Below, piece by piece: positions 29,741 to 37,520 of a stretch of 64,000 nucleotides of DNA (position 1 is its first letter; each line of letters begins with the position of its first letter). The position numbers were made by a program, and so were the translations under genes. The DNA comes from a virus (Duplodnaviria > Caudoviricetes). The notes beneath the pieces are model-generated. The model ran no database searches and was not told where the DNA came from. It saw nothing but the letters and a program-made list of their open reading frames with translations. The stretch lies in the IMG/VR virus record IMGVR_UViG_3300021091_000011, one strand, 5' to 3'.

Positions 29741-30280
29741 TTACTTGCGCTTTCGACGAACGGTGGCTTCGCCCTTACGCAGTTTGATGAGCAACGCCTT
29801 ATTCTCGTCACTCAAAACCATGTTGCCCGTCAACGTCGCCACGCCCGTATCTTTGTCTAGCAATCTTGACGTCAGACCGATTGCCTTGGGCATGATCGAC
29901 TTGACCAACTTGGGGTCCATGTGCCGAATAGCGATGTCCCAAACCATATCGAGATAGACGCCCGCCGCGATTTGCAACGGCTGACCGTTATACTCCGCAG
30001 ACTGACGCTCTTTGTAGAGCAAACGTCCGTCCTCGGTGCAGAGTTCCAAGTCGAAATGCGAGACGGGCATCGGCACTTCAGGGCGGTCGAAATCAAGCCT
30101 GAAAGCGATGCTCACACGCAAGTCGCCAAACGTCACTCGGGGACGATTGACGTGCCCCCAACCGACGATGTTGACCCGCAACGAACCAGACTCGATCAGG
30201 CGGGCAATGACCTCCTGTTCGACTTCCGACATCGGCGTGTATAGGCTCTTGTTGTTGCCGCCGCCGAACGCATTTGCCAT
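29741..30280 (-). CDS. Hypothetical protein
   Basis: 179-aa ORF immediately upstream of the methyltransferase cluster and co-oriented with it. Confidence 0.7.
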   Translation of the reverse strand: MANAFGGGNNKSLYTPMSEVEQEVIARLIESGSLRVNIVGWGHVNRPRVTFGDLRVSIAFRLDFDRPEVPMPVSHFDLELCTEDGRLLYKERQSAEYNGQPLQIAAGVYLDMVWDIAIRHMDPKLVKSIMPKAIGLTSRLLDKDTGVATLTGNMVLSDENKALLIKLRKGEATVRRKRK

Positions 30281-30291
30281 GTAGGGGACCC

Positions 30292-30313
30292 CGCTGAATA
30301 GCGTTATTCAGCG
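30292..30313. terminator. 9-bp hairpin at the end of the cold-shock gene
   Basis: CGCTGAATA-gcgt-TATTCAGCG; no clear U-tract. Confidence 0.35.
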
Positions 30314-30744
30314 AACCTTACCCCGCAAGCCCTAATGCGGTCCCCCTTGCCGACGGCCTCATAAAACAAGACGTCGTCGCCAATCACGGGCACTCGTTGG
30401 TCCGCGATATCAGCGCGGTGCAGGAAACAAACGCGGGCTTGCTCGTCTTCAATGAAGCCCCAACCTGTACGAATATCAAATGACCGTATGCGGCCTAAGA
30501 CTTCGATAGGCTGCGATACACGCCGGACCATCGCGGCTTTAGGGCTTTGGCCCTCTCCGATAAAATCCGAACGAAGCATGATTTCAACAGGTTCGCCCGG
30601 CAAAGGCGGCGCTTTGTCCTCGCCATTTAGTCGGACGAAAACCGACACATGGAAAAACACACGCTCACGACCGTCACGAGATTTGCAGAAGCCGAAGAAT
30701 CGAATAGGGTCGTATATGTCTACAACCATGACGGGCGCGGGCAT
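30304..30744 (-). CDS. Tandem cold-shock-domain protein
   Basis: Two CSDs: FFGFCKSRDGRERVFFHVS and IRSFDIRTGWGFIEDEQARVCFLHRADI. Confidence 0.8.
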   Translation of the reverse strand: MPAPVMVVDIYDPIRFFGFCKSRDGRERVFFHVSVFVRLNGEDKAPPLPGEPVEIMLRSDFIGEGQSPKAAMVRRVSQPIEVLGRIRSFDIRTGWGFIEDEQARVCFLHRADIADQRVPVIGDDVLFYEAVGKGDRIRACGVRFAE

Positions 30745-30750
30745 GGCGTT

Positions 30751-31053
30751 TTAGATTCCAATGGCAACCGCGATTTTGTTGACTAAATCGGATTTCTTAG
30801 TCGAGACGTCCAAGTCCAAGCCGATCTCTACGCCAAACTTAGCGAGTTCAGCCTTGGTCTTGGTGTTCAACATTTCGCGGGTTAGTTCAATAGCAGGCGC
30901 TTCTTCGGGCTCAGGCGTCTTTTCGACCGCAGGCTCGATCACAGGCTCAGGCACTTTTTCGGGCGAGGGCGTTGAAACCACAGGAGCCGCGAACACTTGG
31001 CGTGGCCGAAGTTTGTTGATCGGGCGCATGGTCATAATAGCAAGGCGGGACAT
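30751..31053 (-). CDS. Protein with C-terminal Rho-N/HeH-like domain
   Basis: LNTKTKAELAKFGVEIGLDLDVSTKKSDLVNKI follows a PE-rich linker. Confidence 0.6.
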   Translation of the reverse strand: MSRLAIMTMRPINKLRPRQVFAAPVVSTPSPEKVPEPVIEPAVEKTPEPEEAPAIELTREMLNTKTKAELAKFGVEIGLDLDVSTKKSDLVNKIAVAIGI

Positions 31054-31063
31054 AGCAGTTCTC

Positions 31064-31435
31064 CTATGCAGGCTTGGGCACGTTCAGATGAATGCCCTTA
31101 GTGACCTGATTGCGTTGAATCCGGTCACCGTAAGTGGTGCTCTCTTCGAGAATCCATTGGACTTGGGGATTGTTGACCACAAGGGCCTCAAGGCGCGCTT
31201 GTGAAACAGCGTCCATCGTCGGAAAGAGTATGTTGAAATCCCGACGCGCAATCAGACTACGCCGTAGCGCGTACAGGATAAACTCGTCCTCAAGCACCGC
31301 AGGGTGCGAGGGGTCTTTCACGATAACCCTTCGACCATCGGGCAAAACCTCAATGGTCGAAGGCGCACCGTAAAGTGCGTTCTGCTTGCCGTTATTGAAC
31401 GACCAATAACCGTAAGGACTAGGTGTGCGTGCCAT
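31064..31435 (-). CDS. Hypothetical protein
   Basis: Start revised to MARTPS (ATG 31435). Confidence 0.6.
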   Translation of the reverse strand: MARTPSPYGYWSFNNGKQNALYGAPSTIEVLPDGRRVIVKDPSHPAVLEDEFILYALRRSLIARRDFNILFPTMDAVSQARLEALVVNNPQVQWILEESTTYGDRIQRNQVTKGIHLNVPKPA

Positions 31436-31469
31436 CGTGCATTTCGCACGACAATAGCCCAAAAAACGA

Positions 31470-31500
31470 AAACCCCGTGGGGTTATAGCCCACGGGGTTT
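31470..31500 (-). terminator. Intrinsic terminator (12-bp stem)
   Basis: AAACCCCGTGGG-7 nt-CCCACGGGGTTT, followed by a T-rich run on the minus strand, downstream of 31540-32055. Confidence 0.75.
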
Positions 31501-31539
31501 ATCTGACCTTGCGATTAAGTATTAGACAGCCGCTCAGAT

Positions 31540-32055
31540 TCAGACGAACTGAGACGAACCGTTCGTATTCTGCTGCGCGAGGCGGGCCACGATCAGGCCC
31601 TTCTTGCGCCCGAGGTCCGAGATGTCGATGCCGAGTTCAGCCGCCTTCTTGCGGAGGTCGTCAAGCGAGGGACCCTTCGCGCTGTCGTCCGAAGCAGCGT
31701 CCGTCGAAGCCGTCGCGTCCGTCGAAGTCGTAGAAGCCGCCGCCGTCGCCTTGCGCCGACCACCACGCCCGCGATTGCCCGTGTTGACCGTGGCAAACAA
31801 CTCGCCACCGTCCACGCTGATCGTGCCGGACTTCGCGCCACGAACCGTAGCGACCACCGCATCGCCCGCGATCTTCGTCAGCGGGTGAGCGAGTGCCGCC
31901 GTCGCCGCACCCGCAAGCGTCGTGTACGCATCGAGCAACGCACCGAACGTCGTGATGGGCGCACCGTTGAACGTCAAGCCCTCGATTGAGGGGACCGTCA
32001 GGTCACGCAGCGCCGAAGAAATCTCGGAAGGAACAGAAACACGCTTAGTCGCCAT
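31540..32055 (-). CDS. Protein with C-terminal Rho-N/HeH-like domain
   Basis: PSLDDLRKKAAELGIDISDLGRKKGLIVARL follows a low-complexity linker. Confidence 0.6.
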   Translation of the reverse strand: MATKRVSVPSEISSALRDLTVPSIEGLTFNGAPITTFGALLDAYTTLAGAATAALAHPLTKIAGDAVVATVRGAKSGTISVDGGELFATVNTGNRGRGGRRKATAAASTTSTDATASTDAASDDSAKGPSLDDLRKKAAELGIDISDLGRKKGLIVARLAQQNTNGSSQFV

Positions 32056-32165
32056 AGTAGTTAGACTCCCAAAGTTGGTTGATACTATCCGACCCGTTTT
32101 GTGGGCGGCTGAAAATCAAGATAAGCAGTAAGTTTGGTCTTGTAAAGAAGTTTGATGAAAAAAGT

Positions 32166-32384
32166 TTAGAGCCGCTTCGCTTTTTCGTTCAAGCCCTTTG
32201 TGCGGGGCACTTCGGGCGCATCTTGTTCCTCTCCATACGAATCCCGAACAGGCGGGAAAAGCGAGCCGTCGCTCATATCCTCAGTACGGCGATGCCCATA
32301 CTCGACGGAACCCTCTTCCCACCCATTAGCGCCTCGTTCACCCTCTAACCAACGAGCGACGATCCGACGTGCCGAAGGTCGCAT
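32166..32384 (-). CDS. Small putative virion protein beginning MRPSARRIVARWLE
   Basis: Start revised to ATG 32384, in a TAATG overlap with the upstream 59-aa ORF. Confidence 0.55.
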   Translation of the reverse strand: MRPSARRIVARWLEGERGANGWEEGSVEYGHRRTEDMSDGSLFPPVRDSYGEEQDAPEVPRTKGLNEKAKRL

Positions 32385-32563
32385 TAGAAACCGTTGCCCG
32401 CGATGAACAATCGCGTCGCACCGCCCGTCGGCGGGCAGCACATATTAGGCTGCTTCGCCCCCGCCGCAGCGTCACTCAACGCGACCTTCAAGATCACGTT
32501 GCCACGCTGAAAACGATTGATAGGAGGGGAAGGATACTGCGCCGACGTTGTTGAACGCGCCAT
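32384..32563 (-). CDS. 59-aa hypothetical protein (not in the ORF track)
   Basis: Manual translation MARSTTSAQYPSPPINRFQRG...FIAGNGF. GGAG SD-like sequence, late motif at 32602-32615 and a TAATG coupling. Confidence 0.55.
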   Translation of the reverse strand: MARSTTSAQYPSPPINRFQRGNVILKVALSDAAAGAKQPNMCCPPTGGATRLFIAGNGF

Positions 32564-32601
32564 GAGGCTACTCCACGCTAAGGTTGCAAACCTAGCCGCA
32601 G

Positions 32602-32615
32602 GATAGCCGCATTAT
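32602..32615 (-). promoter_or_regulatory. Putative late-promoter motif ATAATGCGGCTATC
   Basis: 38 nt upstream of ATG 32563; followed by a bulged hairpin at 32577-32596. Confidence 0.5.
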
Positions 32616-33011
32616 TTAGTAGTCGTAGCGGTCGTCGTATCGGTCATCGACGTCGTAGTCGTAATCTTCCTGACCACGATCCTCCAGATACTCTTCGCCA
32701 AGGCTTTCGGCCTCGGACTTGGTCAAATCAATCGGATACCACAACCCGTTATCACGGAGGAAGTACGCGCCATAAGCCGTGGCCGACTCGTCCCATGAAG
32801 GGTCGTCCCATCCGCCGTTCTGCGCGGGCTCGTACTCAATGTCGTAGGAGATCGTCAACTCGTGGTCGTCGTCCCCTCGGGTGATCGTCCCCTCGTATTG
32901 TCCCGGAGGGCTCCGCAGCGGCGTGACCCGATTGCCCGCGCAATGCGCGTCAAGAGCGGCGAGTCGGGCATTCACGGCCTGCTTCTTGTCCTTGCACTTG
33001 TAGCTGTTCAT
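32616..33011 (-). CDS. Hypothetical acidic protein (island 1)
   Basis: GGAGG SD, D/Y-rich C-terminus, preceded by bipartite element 33036-33078. Confidence 0.7.
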   Translation of the reverse strand: MNSYKCKDKKQAVNARLAALDAHCAGNRVTPLRSPPGQYEGTITRGDDDHELTISYDIEYEPAQNGGWDDPSWDESATAYGAYFLRDNGLWYPIDLTKSEAESLGEEYLEDRGQEDYDYDVDDRYDDRYDY

Positions 33012-33035
33012 CGAAGCCTCCTAGTCTAGTTGGGG

Positions 33036-33078
33036 TTACACCATCCAAACGGTTTGGGACCGCTTGGAAAACCGAAAA
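33036..33078 (-). promoter_or_regulatory. Bipartite element, single copy
   Basis: TTTTCGGTTTTC-N13-ACCGTTTGGATGGTGTAA on the minus strand. Confidence 0.7.
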
Positions 33079-33081
33079 TCG

Positions 33082-33219
33082 TCAGTTCTTCGCGCTATCC
33101 TCGATGAAGAGGCTGCGTGCGCGGCGTACCGCGCGGATCGCGGCCTTGCGAGCCGCCTTGGATCGCACGATTCCCGCCTCGGTGCGGGCGGTGGCAATCT
33201 TGTTGTCGCGGAACTTCAT
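33082..33219 (-). CDS. 45-aa basic protein (island 1)
   Basis: MKFRDNKIATARTEAG... with GGAGG SD. The longer 33082-33639 call merely runs through the repeat cassette. Confidence 0.6.
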   Translation of the reverse strand: MKFRDNKIATARTEAGIVRSKAARKAAIRAVRRARSLFIEDSAKN

Positions 33220-33249
33220 CGAATCCTCCCTAGAAAGTGGTTTCTTGCG

Positions 33250-33348
33250 CTTACACCATCCAAACGGTTGATTCGGACTAGGAAAACCGAAAAAACGACG
33301 TCGATTTTCGGTTTTTCGTGGGTGGCCTAACCGTTTGGATGGTGTAAG
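33250..33348. promoter_or_regulatory. 99-bp bidirectional cassette (two inverted bipartite elements)
   Basis: Elements at 33250-33293 (-) and 33305-33348 (+), with central CGACGTCG. Divergent genes lie on both sides. Confidence 0.75.
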
Positions 33349-33379
33349 CGACACTATCAAAGCCCGACAGGAGTGAGTA

Positions 33380-33736
33380 ATGTCCGTCACGTTTTTCACA
33401 GGCTCGGACGCCGACTTTGACGCGCCCGACGTGAACTTCTCGAACGCCAACGCGCGCAATCTGCTCGCGCTTATCAAAATCGACGTCGAAGAAGACGACG
33501 GCCTTTGCGGTGAAATCCCGCACGACCAAATCGCTAACGTGCGCCGCGAGATTACCCGCGCACGCAATAGCGATAGGTCGCAAGCAGTCTCGCCCACCAC
33601 CATATCGCGTGAAGCCAACGGCCCACTCGTGATCGACATCGGCTCGACCGACGATCAAGTGCTCCGCAGGCTGGACGCACTAGATATGGTGCTAGATTAC
33701 GCGCAAAAGAAAGGTTGCACCGTCTATTGGGGATAA
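33380..33736 (+). CDS. Hypothetical protein (island 1)
   Basis: AGGAG SD; VNFSNANARNLLALI...VYWG. Confidence 0.7.
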   Translation: MSVTFFTGSDADFDAPDVNFSNANARNLLALIKIDVEEDDGLCGEIPHDQIANVRREITRARNSDRSQAVSPTTISREANGPLVIDIGSTDDQVLRRLDALDMVLDYAQKKGCTVYWG

Positions 33737-33980
33737 AGTGGGGATAAAGCCACTATCCAAGCGGCTAAAGCATCGTGGACCATTTAGTAAACCTGCAAAG
33801 AGGCGAGGAAATCATCGCCTACATTTTATTCCCTGACGTCGGCCAACGAAAATGGTTCGTTTGCTACTTCATGGGATTCATAGGACGCACAAATCTCGTT
33901 CAGATTCGCGTGATGGTAGGACATAGGACGCATTACCTAGTTATTAGGCGTGAGTGTATCCGCAAAATGAGGCTCATTCG

Positions 33981-34283
33981 ATGAATGATGAACATGATGA
34001 CGATCCCTTCGGCATTCTCGCGCTCTTAAAGCCGAAGCCCGCGAGCAAGCCTCGCACGGACTATATCTATGGGCAGGCTCAGGTCTGCGATGAAGCAATC
34101 TTAGAGGGGAACGCGCGCATCGGCGGGTTCGCCAAAGTCTATGGCGGGCACTTCAAAGGTGAAGCGCGCATCGGTGGATTCGCTAGAATCTACGGAGGCG
34201 TTTGGGACGGCACCGAAGGCGTTATCGTCAGCGGCTCTTGGAATGCCCCTAATCAGCCCCGCCTAGAAACACGGCCAATCTAG
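33981..34283 (+). CDS. Short hexapeptide-repeat protein
   Basis: GNARIGGFAKVYGG...GGVWDGTEGVIVSGSW is paralogous to the C-termini of 35336-36103 and 36141-37451. Start revised to 33981. Confidence 0.65.
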   Translation: MNDEHDDDPFGILALLKPKPASKPRTDYIYGQAQVCDEAILEGNARIGGFAKVYGGHFKGEARIGGFARIYGGVWDGTEGVIVSGSWNAPNQPRLETRPI

Positions 34284-34306
34284 CCCTGACGTTTTCAAGG
34301 TCAGTA

Positions 34307-35275
34307 TCACAATGGAGGCAAGATATGGGCATGAAATACTCCTTGAAGTATATCGTGCCCTAAAAGCGTGATAAAAACAACTACAAAGTTACGAGGACTC
34401 AGAACTCCTCGACCCACAAAGGGACCGAAGGCCGAACGAACACCACGTCCGAAACGTGGTTGGGACAAACCACGCATATATTTCGTTGTTCTTGCTTTTG
34501 CTTCGACGAGTTTATCCCATTGTTCTTCGGCATTTTGCTTTAGGCTCTCATATTTAGATGACTTTTCAAGGTTTAGACTGATACCGCCGATAGAGTAGTC
34601 AAACTCATTTGCAGTCCAATTATAAGCCAAGGCTTGCGCGGCGTTTACTAATGCTCCCCACAGGATAGAAGCCTTCCAAGCGGGCTTCTGTTGGCAGAGC
34701 CGATCTAAGTTGTTGAGTTCTTCCGTCTCGGGCGGGTGGGCGTTCCACTTCCAGAGGGCGATCTCTAAATACTCGGCGAACTCTGCATCCTCCCAAATGT
34801 AGCCGAAGACCTGATTGTAACAACCAACCTCGCCTTCGGACTTAGGTGGAGCGAACCTATAATTTTTGTCGGGGTTATTATCGCGTGTGAGAATCCGCAT
34901 TTTGTTAATCAGGTCTGCGACGCATCCAGAGTATGCGGATTCGGACGTGACGACGGACGCGGAGACGACGCCGAACTCTTGGACAGCACCTTCTTGTGCT
35001 GACGCAGCGGTTTCCCGAAAGAGCCAACGGATGCGATAGTCGCCGGGCGCGGCGTTAGACGGCACTTGAAGTGCGGCGTAATACTCGCCCACAGCCGGAT
35101 TGACCGGAGTGCGCGCATTGGAGCCGATCAAGACTTCGGCTTGCGTCGAGGGGTCTACCAGATAGATCGCGTAGGTGATTTGGTAGACGTTAAGGGGGTT
35201 GCCAGAGGCGTTGGACAGGAAGATGTCCAAGTCCCCACGACCGAGCAATTGGCCTTGCGTAAAGACGACGGACAT
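34307..35275 (-). CDS. Putative head-tail/neck structural protein
   Basis: Ig-like N-terminus (PVNPAVGEYYA...GDYRIRW), NEFDYSIGGISLNLEKSSKYESLK, late motif upstream. Function inferred from context only. Confidence 0.5.
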   Translation of the reverse strand: MSVVFTQGQLLGRGDLDIFLSNASGNPLNVYQITYAIYLVDPSTQAEVLIGSNARTPVNPAVGEYYAALQVPSNAAPGDYRIRWLFRETAASAQEGAVQEFGVVSASVVTSESAYSGCVADLINKMRILTRDNNPDKNYRFAPPKSEGEVGCYNQVFGYIWEDAEFAEYLEIALWKWNAHPPETEELNNLDRLCQQKPAWKASILWGALVNAAQALAYNWTANEFDYSIGGISLNLEKSSKYESLKQNAEEQWDKLVEAKARTTKYMRGLSQPRFGRGVRSAFGPFVGRGVLSPRNFVVVFITLLGHDILQGVFHAHILPPL

Positions 35276-35277
35276 AA

Positions 35278-35314
35278 AAAAGCCCCTAGTACGATCAACG
35301 CACTAGGGGCTTTT
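35278..35314. terminator. Perfect 13-bp hairpin with A/T tails, abutting ATG 35275
   Basis: AAAAGCCCCTAGT-11 nt-ACTAGGGGCTTTT. Confidence 0.7.
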
Positions 35315-35315
35315 G

Positions 35316-35329
35316 GATAGCCGTATTAG
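35316..35329 (-). promoter_or_regulatory. Putative late-promoter motif CTAATACGGCTATC
   Basis: 40 nt upstream of ATG 35275. Confidence 0.55.
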
Positions 35330-35335
35330 CGGGAA

Positions 35336-36103
35336 TCAGGCCGGAACGCCAGGCTCTCGCCACTTGCCCGAAGTGATCTCACCCTCGGAGCCGTCCCATT
35401 CGCCGCCGAGGATAATCGCCGTACCGCCGATTCTGGCCCTGCCAAAGCATCTGGCTTCGCCTCTAACCAAGGCACTCTCGTACACCTTGGCGTTGCCGTA
35501 CACCTCGGCGTCGTCCCACACCAAGGCGTTGCCGAACACTTGGGCATTGCCGTACACCTTGGCGTTGCCGTCCACATGGGCTATGCCATACACATAAGCT
35601 CTGTCATACACCTCGGCTTTGCCTCTCACCTCGGCGTTGCCGTACACCACGGCATTGCCGTACACCTGGGCGTCGCCGCCCACAATGGCGTTGTCGGACA
35701 CATTGGCGTCGCCGTACACCTTGGCGTTGCCGTACACCTTGGCGTCGTCCCACACCCAGGCTTCGTCGTACACCTTGGCGTTGCCTTTCACATCGGCTTT
35801 GCCGTACACCTGGGCGTCGTCGGACACCACGGCATTGCCGTACACCTGGGCGTCGTCGGACACCACGGCATTGCCGTACACCTTGGCGTCGCCCTTCACC
35901 AAGGCGTCGCCGAACACCTTGGCGTTTCCGGTCACAATGGCATTATCAAAGATGTGCTTCCCAGGGATGTTTACATCAACAGAAGCCGACCTGCTCAGAC
36001 CCTGAAGTCCAACAAGAATAGCCTTTCTCTCGGACGAACCGACGGGCAGGCTAGAAGCCAACTTGATCAGAGCAGAACGGTCGCTTGAACTCAACTTACG
36101 CAT
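35336..36103 (-). CDS. Hexapeptide-repeat (left-handed beta-helix-like) protein
   Basis: Many [AK]-V-Y-[GD]-[ND]-A repeats with an 18-nt DNA period. N-terminal SALIKLASSLPVGSSERKAIL motif. Confidence 0.8.
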   Translation of the reverse strand: MRKLSSSDRSALIKLASSLPVGSSERKAILVGLQGLSRSASVDVNIPGKHIFDNAIVTGNAKVFGDALVKGDAKVYGNAVVSDDAQVYGNAVVSDDAQVYGKADVKGNAKVYDEAWVWDDAKVYGNAKVYGDANVSDNAIVGGDAQVYGNAVVYGNAEVRGKAEVYDRAYVYGIAHVDGNAKVYGNAQVFGNALVWDDAEVYGNAKVYESALVRGEARCFGRARIGGTAIILGGEWDGSEGEITSGKWREPGVPA

Positions 36104-36140
36104 GGGGGGTCAAACCTTCTTGTGTTCTAGGCTAGGGGAC

Positions 36141-37451
36141 TCAGGCGGGAACGTCAGGGGCTTCCCACTTACCTGAAGTGATTTCGCCTTCGGAGCCGTC
36201 CCATTCGCCGCCGAGGATAATCGCCGTACCGCCGATGCGGGCGTCTCCGTATATCTCGGCGCGACCGTACACCTTGGCGTTGCCGTATATCTCGGCGTCG
36301 TCGTACACCATGGCAAGGCCATACACCTCGGCCCTGTCGTACACCCTGCCGCTAATCACCTTGGCGCCGCCGTACACCTGGGCGTCGTCGGACACCACGG
36401 CTTTGCCGTACACCTCGGCGCCGCCGTACACCTGGGCGTCTCCGTAAACTTCGGCGTTGTCGTACACATGGGCGTTGTCGTACACAATGGCTTTGCCGTA
36501 CACCTTGGCTTCGTCCCTCACCTGGGCGCCGCCGGACACCTTGGCGTTGTCGTACACCTTGGCCTTGCCCTTCACCTTGGCGTCGTCGGACACCTTGGCG
36601 TTGCCGGACACCTCGGCGTCTTCGTACACCCGAGCGTCGCTAAACACCGAGGCTTTGCCGTACACCTCGGCGCTGCCGTACACCTTGGCTTTGCCGTACA
36701 CCTGGGCGTTGTCGTACACATGGGCGTTGTCGTACACAATGGCTTCGTCCCTCACCTGGGCGCCGCCGGACACCTTGGCGTTGTCGTACACCTTGGCCTT
36801 GCCCTTCACCTTGGCGTTGCCGGACACCTTGGCGTTGCCGGACACCTCGGCGTCTTCGGACACCTTGGCGGCGTTGAAGATATGCTTTCCAGGAATGTTG
36901 TAATTTCCCGAAGCCTTCTTGCTTGAACTCTGAAGTCTAACAAGAATCGCCTTTCTCTCGGTAGAACCGACGGGAAGGCTAGAGGCCAAGCGAATCAACG
37001 CAGAACGGTCAGAGGCGGTAAGTTTACGCGAGGCCATTTTCTTAGCTCCATCTTCAAGATTCGTGAAACCTGAAAAGTCAACCATGTAAGTAGTTCCGTT
37101 GGGAAGCACGATCACGTCGCCCACGGACATACTCGTATGTCCGGTTTTTGAAATCGCGGGCATGGTGTTAGCCTCGCCGTAAGGCGACCAAACTTCACCC
37201 TGCATCATATTGAAGATTTCGCTCAGGTTCGTCTCGTCGACGAGCCCGATGCGTGTATGCGTATTTTCCAAATCAGCGAGAACGGCAGATAAGTCCAAGC
37301 CGCGCGTGCCACGGCTGAACTTGGAAAACAGACCACGATTGTAGTAGAGGATTTGGGTGCGGCCTCGACCGTAACGATCATCACCCGTGACACCACCTGC
37401 GCCTCTCAGGGTGTTGTAACCATTAAAGCCGCCGTCCGAAAAATAGTTCAT
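36141..37451 (-). CDS. YodL-like domain fused to hexapeptide repeats
   Basis: GHTSMSVGDVIVLPNGTTYMVDFSGF resembles the YodL signature, followed by the SALIRLASSLPVGSTERKAIL motif and repeats. Start revised to MNYFSDGG (37451). Confidence 0.7.
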   Translation of the reverse strand: MNYFSDGGFNGYNTLRGAGGVTGDDRYGRGRTQILYYNRGLFSKFSRGTRGLDLSAVLADLENTHTRIGLVDETNLSEIFNMMQGEVWSPYGEANTMPAISKTGHTSMSVGDVIVLPNGTTYMVDFSGFTNLEDGAKKMASRKLTASDRSALIRLASSLPVGSTERKAILVRLQSSSKKASGNYNIPGKHIFNAAKVSEDAEVSGNAKVSGNAKVKGKAKVYDNAKVSGGAQVRDEAIVYDNAHVYDNAQVYGKAKVYGSAEVYGKASVFSDARVYEDAEVSGNAKVSDDAKVKGKAKVYDNAKVSGGAQVRDEAKVYGKAIVYDNAHVYDNAEVYGDAQVYGGAEVYGKAVVSDDAQVYGGAKVISGRVYDRAEVYGLAMVYDDAEIYGNAKVYGRAEIYGDARIGGTAIILGGEWDGSEGEITSGKWEAPDVPA

Positions 37452-37520
37452 GGGTAATCCCACTTCGTTGAAGGGTCCCCCAAGCCCTAATGATAGCGAT
37501 ACTATCGAAAGGTACAGGTT

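Noticed and set aside
34249-34332. 27-aa ORF MPISCLHCDTDL... and the hydrophobic tail of 34307-35275 as a mobile-endonuclease remnant
   Set aside because: Too short, overlaps two other genes, and has no HNH or GIY-YIG residues to support it.
35313-36926. Multiple antisense and alternate-frame ORFs over the hexapeptide genes
   Set aside because: These are a by-product of the stop-poor 18-nt repeat and have low-complexity translations.
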